DNA of 20,000 nt, taken from contig MU006117.1 of assembly GCA_010093705.1 (NCBI GenBank), forward strand, positions 56,107-76,106. Reading direction: 5' to 3'. The notes beneath the pieces were generated by a model. That model ran no database searches and had not been told where the DNA came from. It saw nothing but the letters and a program-made list of their open reading frames with translations. Positions 1-10,900 of this stretch are shown piece by piece (within the stretch, counting starts at the first letter, position 1; each line of letters begins with the position of its first letter). A program made the translations under genes and the position numbers. This DNA is from Patellaria atrata CBS 101060. Taxonomy: Eukaryota.

Positions 1-392
1 GATGTGTGTCTCTGCTTTCTATATACGGACTAATAGTGACAGCAGCTGCACTCCACCAAGTTTCATCAAGTTATTGGTCTATGTATGGATATCTTACAGT
101 TCACATAAAATACCAACAGGTATAGCTTCACAACGTCATCAGTACTTTTGCATTCTGGTGTGCTCATTATGAAACAAAAGATATCAGCGATACTAATTCC
201 TAAATCACGTGAATCTGCACACATTCCCACATATCCCGACCCCACAGCTAGTAACATCTATCCGTCCGAACAATAACCGATCCAGGTCATGGTTTTTACG
301 AGTTATACCAGGACCGCAGAGAACTCCTTTCCGCGCGGTTCTTCGTTTTTCCCGTAATAAAAGGACGGTGAGTACATGGTCCTATCTACGCT

Positions 393-2967
393 TCACCCCC
401 TAGAAGCTGTATTCCGAGTGGGTCGCGCTTCGTTAAGATTACCGGGGAAGGGCACATCACGTGCAATCCGATCCAGTCCTCTCTCTATGTGGAACACAGG
501 AGCAGCCGTACGGTTCCCCATGGATCTTTGAGTAGGGCTAAAGTGCGGAGCCGGCGCGACTCGGGGAGTTGATAAATCTGGAGGCCCCTGTACAGCTGAG
601 GAAGTTGGAGGAGCCTGGGCAGTAGGAGAAGTTTGAGATACAGCCAACGCCGGAGGACCCGGTGGAGCATTTCCCCCTAGTCTAGACGTGCCCACGCCTC
701 CAATTCCTTGGGTCCCTGTGGATGTCACGGTCATAGGGCGCGAAGGAGCTCCATTTCTCAAGCTCCCTACAGACGACGCATGTGTCGGCGCCTTTGAGAC
801 CTTCCAAGCGTGCCCAGGCGTTAGAGAAACCGTGCATGCCGTTGTAAACGTAGTAGCAGAAGTCTGCATGGTGGCCCACAACTGACGTACTCTTTCCCCA
901 GGTTTTGTGATAGGGACACTCCTTCCTTTGTTAGCGTCGATCCACTCGCACTCATCTCTGGCTTCGTGAGCAGCTCGCTGAATTTGTAGAAGACCGTCCT
1001 GGACCCAGGGGGCGCGCTGGCCGTTGGCAGTGTGCGGTTGTTTGCGCAACCTCAGACGAACGAGGTTGGAGAGGGCTATGTTTGTTAGGATGATGAGGCA
1101 ACCGAAGACTATGATGAAGAAGAGCGCGAAAACATTTACATTGCTATGTGAGTGTTAGTATCTAGATTCATCAAAAAGCAATAGATCCTGGTACTGACCT
1201 GAAGTTGCCGTTAACTCGAACCTTCTGAGCATGGCACAGAGCTTCCTCCGCGGTCCCGTTGGGTGGCACTATATATTGCGCATTATTGGGATCGACAGGA
1301 CCCGCAGCATGGAAGACAGCAAGTTTCTGTAGTCGCGCAAGAAATAGGTTGTGCCAATCTTCCACCTCGATTGTCCAGTGATTTTCAGGCAATCCGGACT
1401 GCACAAAGCTGCCCGTAAGTGAGTTTCGAGCGACCAATGGCGCCGATGATTGCAGTCCAACTTGGCGTACAGTGTTTTCCCACCATATGACGTTCTGAGA
1501 AAACAAGTATGCGGTCGCATTTTGAAATGAATTCAACTCCAACGAGTCGAATCCCTTCTTTGCAAGTACGATTCCGGTCAAATCACCACATCTGTCGGCT
1601 TTGGGATTGCAGAATTGGTACTAAACGAGGCTATATCAGTAATTGTGTGCGTGTATAAAGATTTAGGAAGTTCACTTACCTGTTCGGCGCAACCTAGCAC
1701 TGTTGCTGGGAAATCAGCGGCATAAACAGATAAAGATTCATTGGACGTGGGCATTCGTCTATGGGCCGCGAATATCGGATCGTCGATAGGTGTAAGAGAT
1801 ATCACGCTATTCGACAAAAAGAAAGCTACGTTGACATCCGCATCCCGACGTTGAAGCTCGGGAATTGCGGTAAAATCCATATCAATCTGACCTGCTTGGT
1901 CCTCATACGTACTATGCTTGGGTTAGCCGCTTTATGTAGAGGTACAAATACATGGTATAATTGTAGTAATTCAGAATATCAACTTACTCAACAATATAAT
2001 CCCTCGTAGTATTGGTAATAATCCAGTCCAATATGAGAGTAATATTAATGTCAGCTAACCCGTGAGGCCCGTAATGATATACACTTGCAGTAGTGTTAGG
2101 CATGTCCATTGATAGTCCCCCAGCTGTAAGTTTCATCTCGGAAACATGTCCTTCTTGTGACAGTGGGGTACAGCTCAGAACTTTGCGGAACTTGATGCGG
2201 TCTTCTTCCCGGGCATTGATCCCGAATATCTCCATGGAGTCCAAGTAACCAGAATCAAATGTGACTACTGGATAAGTAGTACACATACTTTCGTCGAAAG
2301 GACAAGCGCTGTGCTCGAACCGAGTAGATTTAATGTTCCTGGAAGCATAGTCATTACATCGGGTTGGGTCATCAGTTTCGCCGTAGCAGCCTCTTGAGTA
2401 TTGTATGCTTTCGGTAATCGATGTCTGGAGCTCATTCCGGGTCGCTCTAGTGAATGAATCCGCATAGGCCTCTTTTGCGGTCACTGGTTTTGGCCGCATC
2501 CACGTCCCGCATGAGGAGCTCTGGACAAGCACTTCGATGTTGGTGGTGCGAACGACATATGCTGAGAAGATAGCCGCTACGAGAAACCCAACCATGAACA
2601 CTCCTCCCAGAATGAAATATCCACATGTCCGTTGAAAAGGCTTGCGTCCGTTTTTTCGCCAGTACCATCCCAACTTCAAGAATTCGAAGGCAGTTGAAGC
2701 TGGGGAGCCACTGTTCCGTAAGAGGACCTGTCGTTGTCTGCTGAATACGTCTGTGTACTGTGATTTATTATCTAATTGGAGGTTGTACAGAAAGAAGCAG
2801 ATAAGATCCCAGAGATGGCTGCCAGTGAATTGGACAAAGAGTGCTAAGAAAGCGACTAGGACAGTTCCACCGGAGGATGTAAGAGTGATAGTAGAACCTA
2901 AAACTCGGCCCTGGGCCCAATTGATCCAAAATCCGACAAACACACGATCTGTGAAGCTTAGAGTCAT
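393..2967 (-). CDS. Uncharacterised fungal multi-pass membrane protein (~794 aa): two N-terminal hydrophobic helices, Cys-rich ectodomain, C-terminal TM helix, Pro/Ser/Thr-rich tail
   Basis: Exons 2967-1988, 1911-1680, 1620-1199 and 1143-393 join ORFs 1984..3006, 1578..1880, 1171..1581 and 393..1049 in frame (2385 nt, TGA at 395-393). Introns are 1987-1912 (GTAAGT..GCTAAC..TAG), 1679-1621 (GTAAGT..TAG) and 1198-1144 (GTCAGT..CTAAC..TAG). Motifs VGFWINWAQGRVLGSTITL, SACPFDESMC, FRKVLSCTPL, LGCAEQ|YQFCNP and LCHAQKVR match a widespread fungal hypothetical-protein family as I recall it. C-terminal TM: VFALFFIIVFGCLIILTNIAL. Confidence 0.8.
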
Positions 2968-4241
2968 GCTGTAAGGTAGTGTAGTCGATTGTCCTCTTAG
3001 AACCAATGCTTCCTCTGTGGGAGGGCTGAAGATTTTATATTACCCATATCTCTACATAACTCATGAAAGATAAGAACTTTGTCGCTAAAATCTTCTCCAA
3101 CACCGAGGAAGGCAGCTCTATTCCATCTCCAAGATCGTCTTGCGTCGCAGGGCTGAATTCTATCATATGCAGAAGCAGAGAATGACGGCTTCAGGACCCC
3201 GAATCGTTTGGGAGCCGAACTTCTGAACCTATAGTGTCAAGCATGTGCGAATACTCAAACTTTTGAACTTAAAGATCTGTGATCAGTAAGCCATGCTTTA
3301 ACGATAATGAAACAGTGGAGAAGAAGAGGCGGTTCAAGGGGGCGAAATTCGTGGACTTTGCTGATTAACTCAGCCCCGTTGGTTGCAACAGCAAACTTCA
3401 AAATCGGTGTCGCTTTAACGATGATGGCAAATCAAAACTCGTAGCCCTTTTTTTTCTTGTTGTTACACTAGACTTTTCTCTCTCATGCATGAGCCATCGT
3501 TTTCATAACTGGAAACTACCATAACAGGATGTGGCGGCTCGATTGCGTAATGGGGTAGATGTCCGCTTAAAGCAGGGATGCAATAGAGCAACGATATCTA
3601 TGGTTTATCTACGGTGCAATAATTCTAATTAGTTCGTTAGCCTTGAGAAGCATCATTTACTCGTTTCGCAATAGTCAAATACTTCTTGGAACAGTCGCCT
3701 CAACCCTCTAACGCGCATCTCCGTCTACATGCGATACTGATGACCCGATCCTGCTTTCTTTCTGATTACCAAGGGAGGAACGACAAGATAGTCCGATCGA
3801 AGAGCATAGAACAATCTGACCCGAGTTGAAATAGGAGTTGAAAAAGAAGAGTGGTACGTGTTACCACCTTACATCTCTTTCCCAGCGATTTGAAGCGTTA
3901 CTTTGAATATGCTTCTACACTTGTCGAACATTACTTGGTCGCCTGTGATATTGGGAGTATGAGTAAATTCTACGGTGTAAATTTCCTAAATATCAAAATA
4001 TTTGTACAGTCGTGGGTCCATTGTACGGTATCATTCTTCCTATACAATAAAGCAGGAGGTCCTTGTATGAGTGAATTTACAGCAGGCGGGAATGTTATCG
4101 TAAGGGGAGAATACTAAGGAAGGACATTAAAACGATGTTGCGGAAGTTATTGTGGAGGGACTATCTGACACAATACGTCTATAGGTACGTAGCCCACACA
4201 AGCACCAATGCACCCACTCTTGCTATCCTCTCATCTTGAAG

Positions 4242-6441
4242 CTATCCCTTGCCAATTTCTTGCTTCACCACCTGTCTCGCAACGTCAATAATCTGTTTTT
4301 CAAACGGTACATACCGCTCAACCTCCCTTCTTGCGTTCTCAACCCTACTTTGTACTCTCTTACCCCTCAATAATACCAAGGCAATTATCACCAGTGACCA
4401 GCTTCTTAATTTAACAGCTTTAGCCCACCGAACAAGCATATTGACCCACCACCCAGACCCACCTCCTTTGTAATCAATCCCTCGGGAGCCGAACAAAACC
4501 GTTTCCCACCAAAAAGTGCTTGCGAGACCAGGCCAACTCGTCACATTTTTCCCATGCTCGTTAATGTAAAAGTGACTGCATTTAGCTTTCGAAATCGAGG
4601 ACTGTAGTCGGGCTTGTAGATTTGCATTGTACTGGTCTTCAATAGCTTGCCGAACTTCAACCCTTATGCCTCGGTTATCAAGAATTGGGCTGATCAGGAC
4701 ACGGGAGATGTATGACATGGAAACCTCACTAGTGAATAGGGGTGAATTACGGGCCGGAAACGTGTTCGGACCGAATAACTATATCCAGGATCAATATGTC
4801 AGTTCCTATGCTTTTCATGTCTACAAGCGCCCATAATTTGTAATAGTATTTCTCGTAATTGAACGACAGAAGTGAGAAAAATGTTGGATAAGAAAACACA
4901 TACTATTCCAAAGTTCGGAAATCCTGCCACCAACGACCCCCAATATGCTTGAGGCCCCCTAGTCTCTTTCCAGTACTGTTCTAACGAAACATTCTCTCTG
5001 GCACCAAAGATAATTCCCCAAGCTGAGGACTGGTTTTCGGAGAGTTTGGTCGCAAGGATAATGATGTCAAACTCAGACTCCTCATCATTGGTGCCGATTA
5101 TTCCTGTTTCGGTGAATTCTTTGATGGTTTGAGAAATCGCTTTCTGCTTGTCCATGGGTGAACTAATCTCTTCAAGTTTTGACGTCCGGTTCATGATGTG
5201 CGTGTCCGAGCTATAATGTTCGACTAGATTATCATTTTCTAGGAACAGTTCAAGCCGATGTAATCGCAAATAGAGCGGTAGCCATCTGTACAATGATTGC
5301 GTAAAGGTGCCGATCTTCTTATTATGCGTCTGGCTGCCCGCGTGCAGACTTCGAGTATACCTAGGGGGAAAGACAAGTTAAAACTGCTTGTAGTCTGCTG
5401 GATACGACGTTCCTGTTTGACTGTACGCGTACTATAAGAATACGCTGACCTAAGCTATACAGAGGTGTAAAAACACGTGCGAAATAAATCCAAAAGTAAG
5501 CTGCTGCATAGTAGGCATACGACTAAAAAAAAAAAAAGTGAATCATGAAAAGGTAAGAATCATATCCGTTGAAGACTTACCGTTTAACTACCCTTGCACT
5601 GTGAGACACACTCGACACCAGCTTTGCAGTATTAAAGCCGTTGTCAATGATCGCGACCCTCTTGTTTTCAAAGGCCTTTCGCTCATAACCTCTCCATTCC
5701 TCTGGCCAGGGCGTCGTATAAATCGTCCTTCCCTTGAATTTTTTGAGATCTTGGAAATTGAAGTCTGTCGAAAGACTTATTCCGCCCATGGCAGAGATAA
5801 GAATAGTGCAAAATCTTACAAACTGGATGCCCGTCTTTAAGTCTTTCAGCTGAATATGCCATGTATTCTTATCTTCAAGCCATATCGCACGGATCATTTC
5901 GATAGATGCATGAATGTGAGGTCGTAAATTGAACTTTTCAACTGTCGTGTTCACGTAATCCAGAATCTCAGCATGATCACAAAATTTCCGACTCCAGTAC
6001 GGATTGGGGTTAAAACTGAAGCTGTACAGATGGGTTGGGACATCAGCACCACCTTTAAATTTGAAGTTAGTATTCCTGCTAGGTATTGGAGTTCAGTATG
6101 ATTTCCTACATCCTTGATACTTATTTGTAACCCACGTCCCTCCAATCTGGTCAGACTTCTCATATATCTATTACGGTGTTAGGGTGTTCGAGTTAGTGTG
6201 CATTTTAGCCTACGGTGAAATCGTGAAAACCGAGCTCCCACTTCAAGTGATGGGCCATTACGATCCCAGAAGGGCCGGCCTAGAGATGGTTCATTATCGG
6301 TTTTAGTTATGGTAATAATAAACTCACCCCAATGATGATTATAGAGGGAACATCCCTCATTTCCTGTCCTACAACCGAGAGCAAGGTCTGACCAGCTACA
6401 GTCATGAGAGTGCCGCCGAGGAGGCCTGATGCGACTTCCAT
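4242..6441 (-). CDS. Flavin-binding monooxygenase / Baeyer-Villiger monooxygenase-like protein (~567 aa) with degenerate NADPH-binding and catalytic motifs
   Basis: Exons 6441-6328, 6279-6214, 6167-6110, 6052-5581, 5360-4904 and 4778-4242 splice into an open 1704-nt frame via five GT-AG introns (6327-6280, 6213-6168, 6109-6053, 5580-5361, 4903-4779). Translation gives the FAD Rossmann motif IIIGAGPSG, IYEK..IGGTW..NKYQGCGADVPTHLYSFSF, AYWGSLVAGFPNFGILFGPNT and HFYINEHGKNVTSWPG, all class B flavoprotein monooxygenase hallmarks. It also has a C-terminal hydrophobic stretch WSLVIIALVLL. Confidence 0.8.
5525..5537 (+). repeat. A13 homopolymer (poly-T on the gene strand) inside the 220-nt intron 4 of the monooxygenase-like gene
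   Basis: Directly visible run of 13 A. Confidence 0.9.
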
Positions 6442-6539
6442 CGTATTAAAGCAATGGGAAGGAGATCATGGGTCAGCAAGTGGAGCCAACGGATGAGCTT
6501 TGTTACAAAGAGGTAAAGAAAGCCCTAACACCAATCTAA

Positions 6540-7525
6540 TGTATAGGTGATGATAATGCAAAGAGATAAGACAGGAGAACCTTGAAGTAGAGAATTAAGA
6601 GATCGCCTAAGGTGAAGACTGATACCTGAAGCAAAGTGTAACCGCCCTAGATTAAGATATAGATTCAGGGTAAGGTTAGTACCTTAAAGTAGATACTGGG
6701 CTGGATGAGATGATACCCTAAACACCCCCGCACTTCAGCGAAGCTAATTGGGACGTCAGCTAGAGCGGACAAACGATGGCGCATAGCGTAGAACCAAGTC
6801 CTTAGAGCTGGAACCTCCTAACTTTATTTCAACGGTTCGACAGAATATAGCTGAATATTTGCCTCGGCTAATATTACGGACTTAGCTAATCTGTTCAGGG
6901 CCGAATGCTCTTCTAGATGACGGATCAGATATCTAGACGACTGAAAGATACTTGTATGTTCCCACAACTGAAGAGGGAAGAGATATCCGAAGTAATCCAG
7001 TGCCAGATGGCTGAAGTAGAAGCAGTGGTTAAAAAGCAACATCAAAATCATGATCCCACCTATATTGTTATATGGGGGTTGCTTTTGGTATCATTTTGAT
7101 CTCTAGATCAAGCTGATTATCAGGATCATGTCCAATACTGGTATACAGCATTGCGCTGTTGACAGTGGGCGCTGAAGAAAACTTCGCACACTGCTTAGCC
7201 AGATTGGCAGAGTTTTCATCGTGCCAAGATCACTTTCTTACAACTAAAACCCCACCAGACACAACCCACAACAGATATAACCCATAACAGACCAAAAACT
7301 CAACTGCAAGGCAGGAGAGGGAAATACAATAGGGCTATAAGCCCTAGTAAAATAAGGAAATATGTATGGCTAAAACTGGTATAAGATATAACTGCAGGAT
7401 GGAGGGAAGAGATTTTCTTTCATATTGCAAAACAGATCAAATACAGGAGCATTCCTCTTATACTTCTACTAGATATATTATTTGCCCTTTCAGGGATTTA
7501 TGTCCATAGGGAAGTCGCGCCATAG
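6540..7525 (+). pseudogene. Possible degraded ORF / transposon relic (RIP-like decay), identity unknown
   Basis: The frame of ORF 6917..7099 continues to TAG 7523-7525 (203 codons) with only 4 internal stops (7097, 7160, 7196, 7382). Upstream the same frame has frequent TAA/TAG. The region looks TpA-rich and A/purine-biased on the + strand and ends near an A14 tract and an assembly gap. No recognisable domain. Confidence 0.3.
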
Positions 7526-7575
7526 CTTGAAGGCTGCATGCGCAGTATTGTAGGTAATACAATACAATTGAGTTT

Positions 7576-7589
7576 AAAAAAAAAAAAAA
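7576..7589 (+). repeat. A14 homopolymer
   Basis: Directly visible, 23 nt before the assembly gap. Confidence 0.9.
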
Positions 7590-7612
7590 GGGCGAAGATA
7601 CGGACGTCTTTC

Positions 7613-7712
7613 NNNNNNNNNNNNNNNNNNNNNNNNNNNNNNNNNNNNNNNNNNNNNNNNNNNNNNNNNNNNNNNNNNNNNNNNNNNNNNNNNNNNNNNN
7701 NNNNNNNNNNNN
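7613..7712. other. Assembly gap (exactly 100 N, conventional unknown-size gap)
   Basis: 100 consecutive N. True distance and adjacency between the left part of the window and ACC1 are unverified. Confidence 0.97.
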
Positions 7713-7909
7713 AAAAGAAGCAGTGGGTTTTCTAAGAATGGTCTGAACGAAAGTATCTACCCGACATAAGTATTTAAACACGCTGTAATCCTGGGAAAGG
7801 CCCCCCCTCGCGGAAATGCTGATATCGAACAAAGCCCTAGCAGGAGCACTCCAAACACCCCCTTAAAGTAGAAGTATACATAGAAACTTTTACAAGCTCA
7901 AACAAATCT

Positions 7910-10900
7910 CTAAGCTTTCGACAACAAAGCTAAAACCTCTTCCTTCTCCGCGGTCGGTAACATTGCCAAAACCTGCGCGACACCTCTGAGACCTGCCTCC
8001 TTATCCTTCCTCAATAGCGAGGCCACATCCCAAGCAATACTTTCCCTCCTCATATGCTCCACTTTAGCATGGATATCCTTCCTGTTTTCCTCATACCAGA
8101 CAGCGACGTTCTTGTCATCGTCATCGAATCGCGGAAGATTTGACCAAGCCTTGAGTGTTTGAAGATTCTTGACACGCGACGATAGCTCTGGAGCAGGTGA
8201 AGCCGAAGCCATGCGCTTGAGAATATATTCCTCGTTGAGACGGCGGCGGAGACGCCAGTAGAAGAAGCGGCGGGCGTTCTGCCAGCGCAGGGGCATACGA
8301 ATAGTATCTTTCGCGTGCATGCGACCGGCGCGGTCGTGGAGGTCCGCGAATTGTAGCGAGACCTGCTGGTAAACTGTGAGCAGCAGCTGTTCGCGTTCTG
8401 TCATCTTGGCCTTAATCTCGGATTGGTCCTCACGGCTGATTGATGGGTCCGCCAGACGGCGTTTCAAGTCGCCATAAGTTTGATCAAGGCGCGCCATAGT
8501 TTCCAGTTGGCGGTCTTTGCGGAACTTGATACCGACAATACCTTCAGGCTCGAGAACACCTCCGCGAGATTCTTCATCGGCATACATCTCCATGTATTGC
8601 GGGTTGATTGTCGGGTCAACGACGACCTTATTACGGTTAGCAGTGATCAAAGAGGAGAAATTACGTGATAAGAACTTACCCATGAGCCACCACGCAATTC
8701 TCCGAAGGGTGGAATATAAACGAAGATAGGTTGTTCATATTTGACCAGCGCATCCACAATATAAGAACCATACTTGAGGACTTCATTGTACATATCCCGT
8801 TGTCCACCAGAGAAGCCTCTCCAGTTAGCTAAGATGATTAATGGAAGCTGCTCACCATTGTTAAAGTCACGGATCGCTTGGGCAGTCTTGTAGGCTGAGT
8901 TAGGATACCAGACACCGCCAGCCTCGGATGTGACTTGTTCGATGGAGTCGGGATTAGCAGGATCAGCAGGAGTGACGTTCTCGACTGCACGAGTTTCAAC
9001 ACCAATCACACCAACGGGAATACCACCAAGGCGAGCGCGACCGACAACAACTGTCCTTGCCCAACCACCAAGAGACTCCTCGAATGAGCCTTTGTCGAAA
9101 AGACCAGTAAGGAACCCTTCTTCTTCATCCTTTCCGGCGATCAGATGTCTTACATCGTATGATTGCCTTTGCGGCGGATAGAAAGTAATATCTCTATCCC
9201 AGTTATCCTCAGAAGGTGATATTGGTACAGGGTTATTCTTCTTGTCTGGGATATAGGAGAGCCACTTGACGATCTTAGAGACGCCCGCAAAATCATCGTC
9301 AGCGGTCATGTGAGACACGCCGTTCTTGTACATAATTTGTGTACCACCAAGCTGTAGGTTTGATGTATATACTTCCCGTCCAAGAAGCTTGTTGATAGCG
9401 GGAGCGCCAGTAAGAATGATTGGTTGACCTTCGATCTGAATGGCACGTTGACCAAGGCGGACAAGGTAAGCTCCAATACCAACAGATCGACAGGTGACAA
9501 GCGTAATAGTGAAGATGTCCTCGTAAGCGCGAGAAGTCTCGCCGGCAATCAAGCCAGATCCCTTCAAGCACTCAACACCCAGACCGTCTTCAGCACCAAT
9601 AACGGTTGTAATCTTATATCGTGTCTCGCTTTTGTCCTGAATCTCTTCAGTAATTACGGCACGCTTGTCACCATCCTCAAAGCGCTTCTTCTTCTCAGGG
9701 GTCAGATACAGATAATCAATACCAGCTTCAGGCTTGGTTGAATCTTTCCATGCAACTGAGAAATGAGGAATAAGTTCTTCAGCCATCCCAATACGTGCGC
9801 CAGAGTTAGCAGATAAATAGATCCTGGGGATACCAAGCTTTCTAGCGAGTTCAGAGCACTTATGGAAGAACTTATCTTCAGCAGGTCCGAAAGATCCAAT
9901 CTTGTAAGTGATGTCATTAGCAATGATAATGAATCGCCTACCGCGAGGATACTCCGGAGTCTTAGCAGTGACAATCCAGCCAACCATACCGATGGTGTTT
10001 GCACCTGGTTCACGGTTGACCTCAGCAAGGTTGTCATTATCATCGAAAACAAGCTCATTATATTCGATGCATTCGCCCTTGACTGGTTGCTTTTCCTTTA
10101 GATGCGGAAGCTTCGCAACGAGCTGATTCCAGCTGTTCTCTACCGCTTGTCTGAAAAGTTCGGGGAAATCGTAGACGTATTGGGTTCCCATGATGTGAGC
10201 CTTGTATCGCTTCGGCTGCAAAGCACCTTTTGTTGGATATGGGGTCGATACCGGGCGCAGATGCATGGAGCCAATCTTAGTAGTGCCTCCAATGCTGTGA
10301 AAGATCCATTGACCACCCTTGTCGGATTTACGCTCAGCATAGAGCTCTACCTGAATGACATATCCGGAGGTATTGGTGATAACTACACGAAGTGGATAAG
10401 CCTCGCCTGTACTTGGGTGCGTGCAAATGATGCGGATTTCAGCGCCTGTAACACGCAGTCTCCACGCGCGGCGTCCAAAACGTTCTAGGAAGCCTTCAAG
10501 AGCTTCCTCGACCTCAGAAGGCTGCAGTGGGAAAACGGTGGAGAAGTTAATGAAAATGTGGTTCAAGTCTGAGTTGTTGTTACCAATAATCTCAAGAGCG
10601 TCCAGGATATCGGTCATCAGCCTATCAGCTTCCGAGATCATGTACTCCGCAGTAGAGATGTCTTCCCTCAGCCGCCCGGGACGCACAACAGCCCTTGTGA
10701 AGTACCGCTTATCTTTTTCGTTATCAGCGCCTTTGCCAATAGCTTCATATATGTGAATGTTGCGGTTCTCCGTGAACACTGGCTTGATGTTGAACTTAGA
10801 TAGACGACCAAGTTCAAGCTGGAAAGCTAACGCGGGTTCAATATGACGAATACTGTCATCTTCCTCATAAGCGGGACCGCGGAAAGTGTAGTAGCCAGGG

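Noticed and set aside
3007..4241. ORF 3851..4117 and surrounding intergenic sequence
   Set aside because: GTG start, no motif and no splice partners found.
7458..7832. ORFs spanning the N run
   Set aside because: Artefacts of translating through the assembly gap.
8647..8683. Apparent frameshift or split between ORFs 8647..14268 and 7910..8683
   Set aside because: Fully explained by the 53-nt intron 8679-8627 (GTAAGT..CTAAC..AAG).
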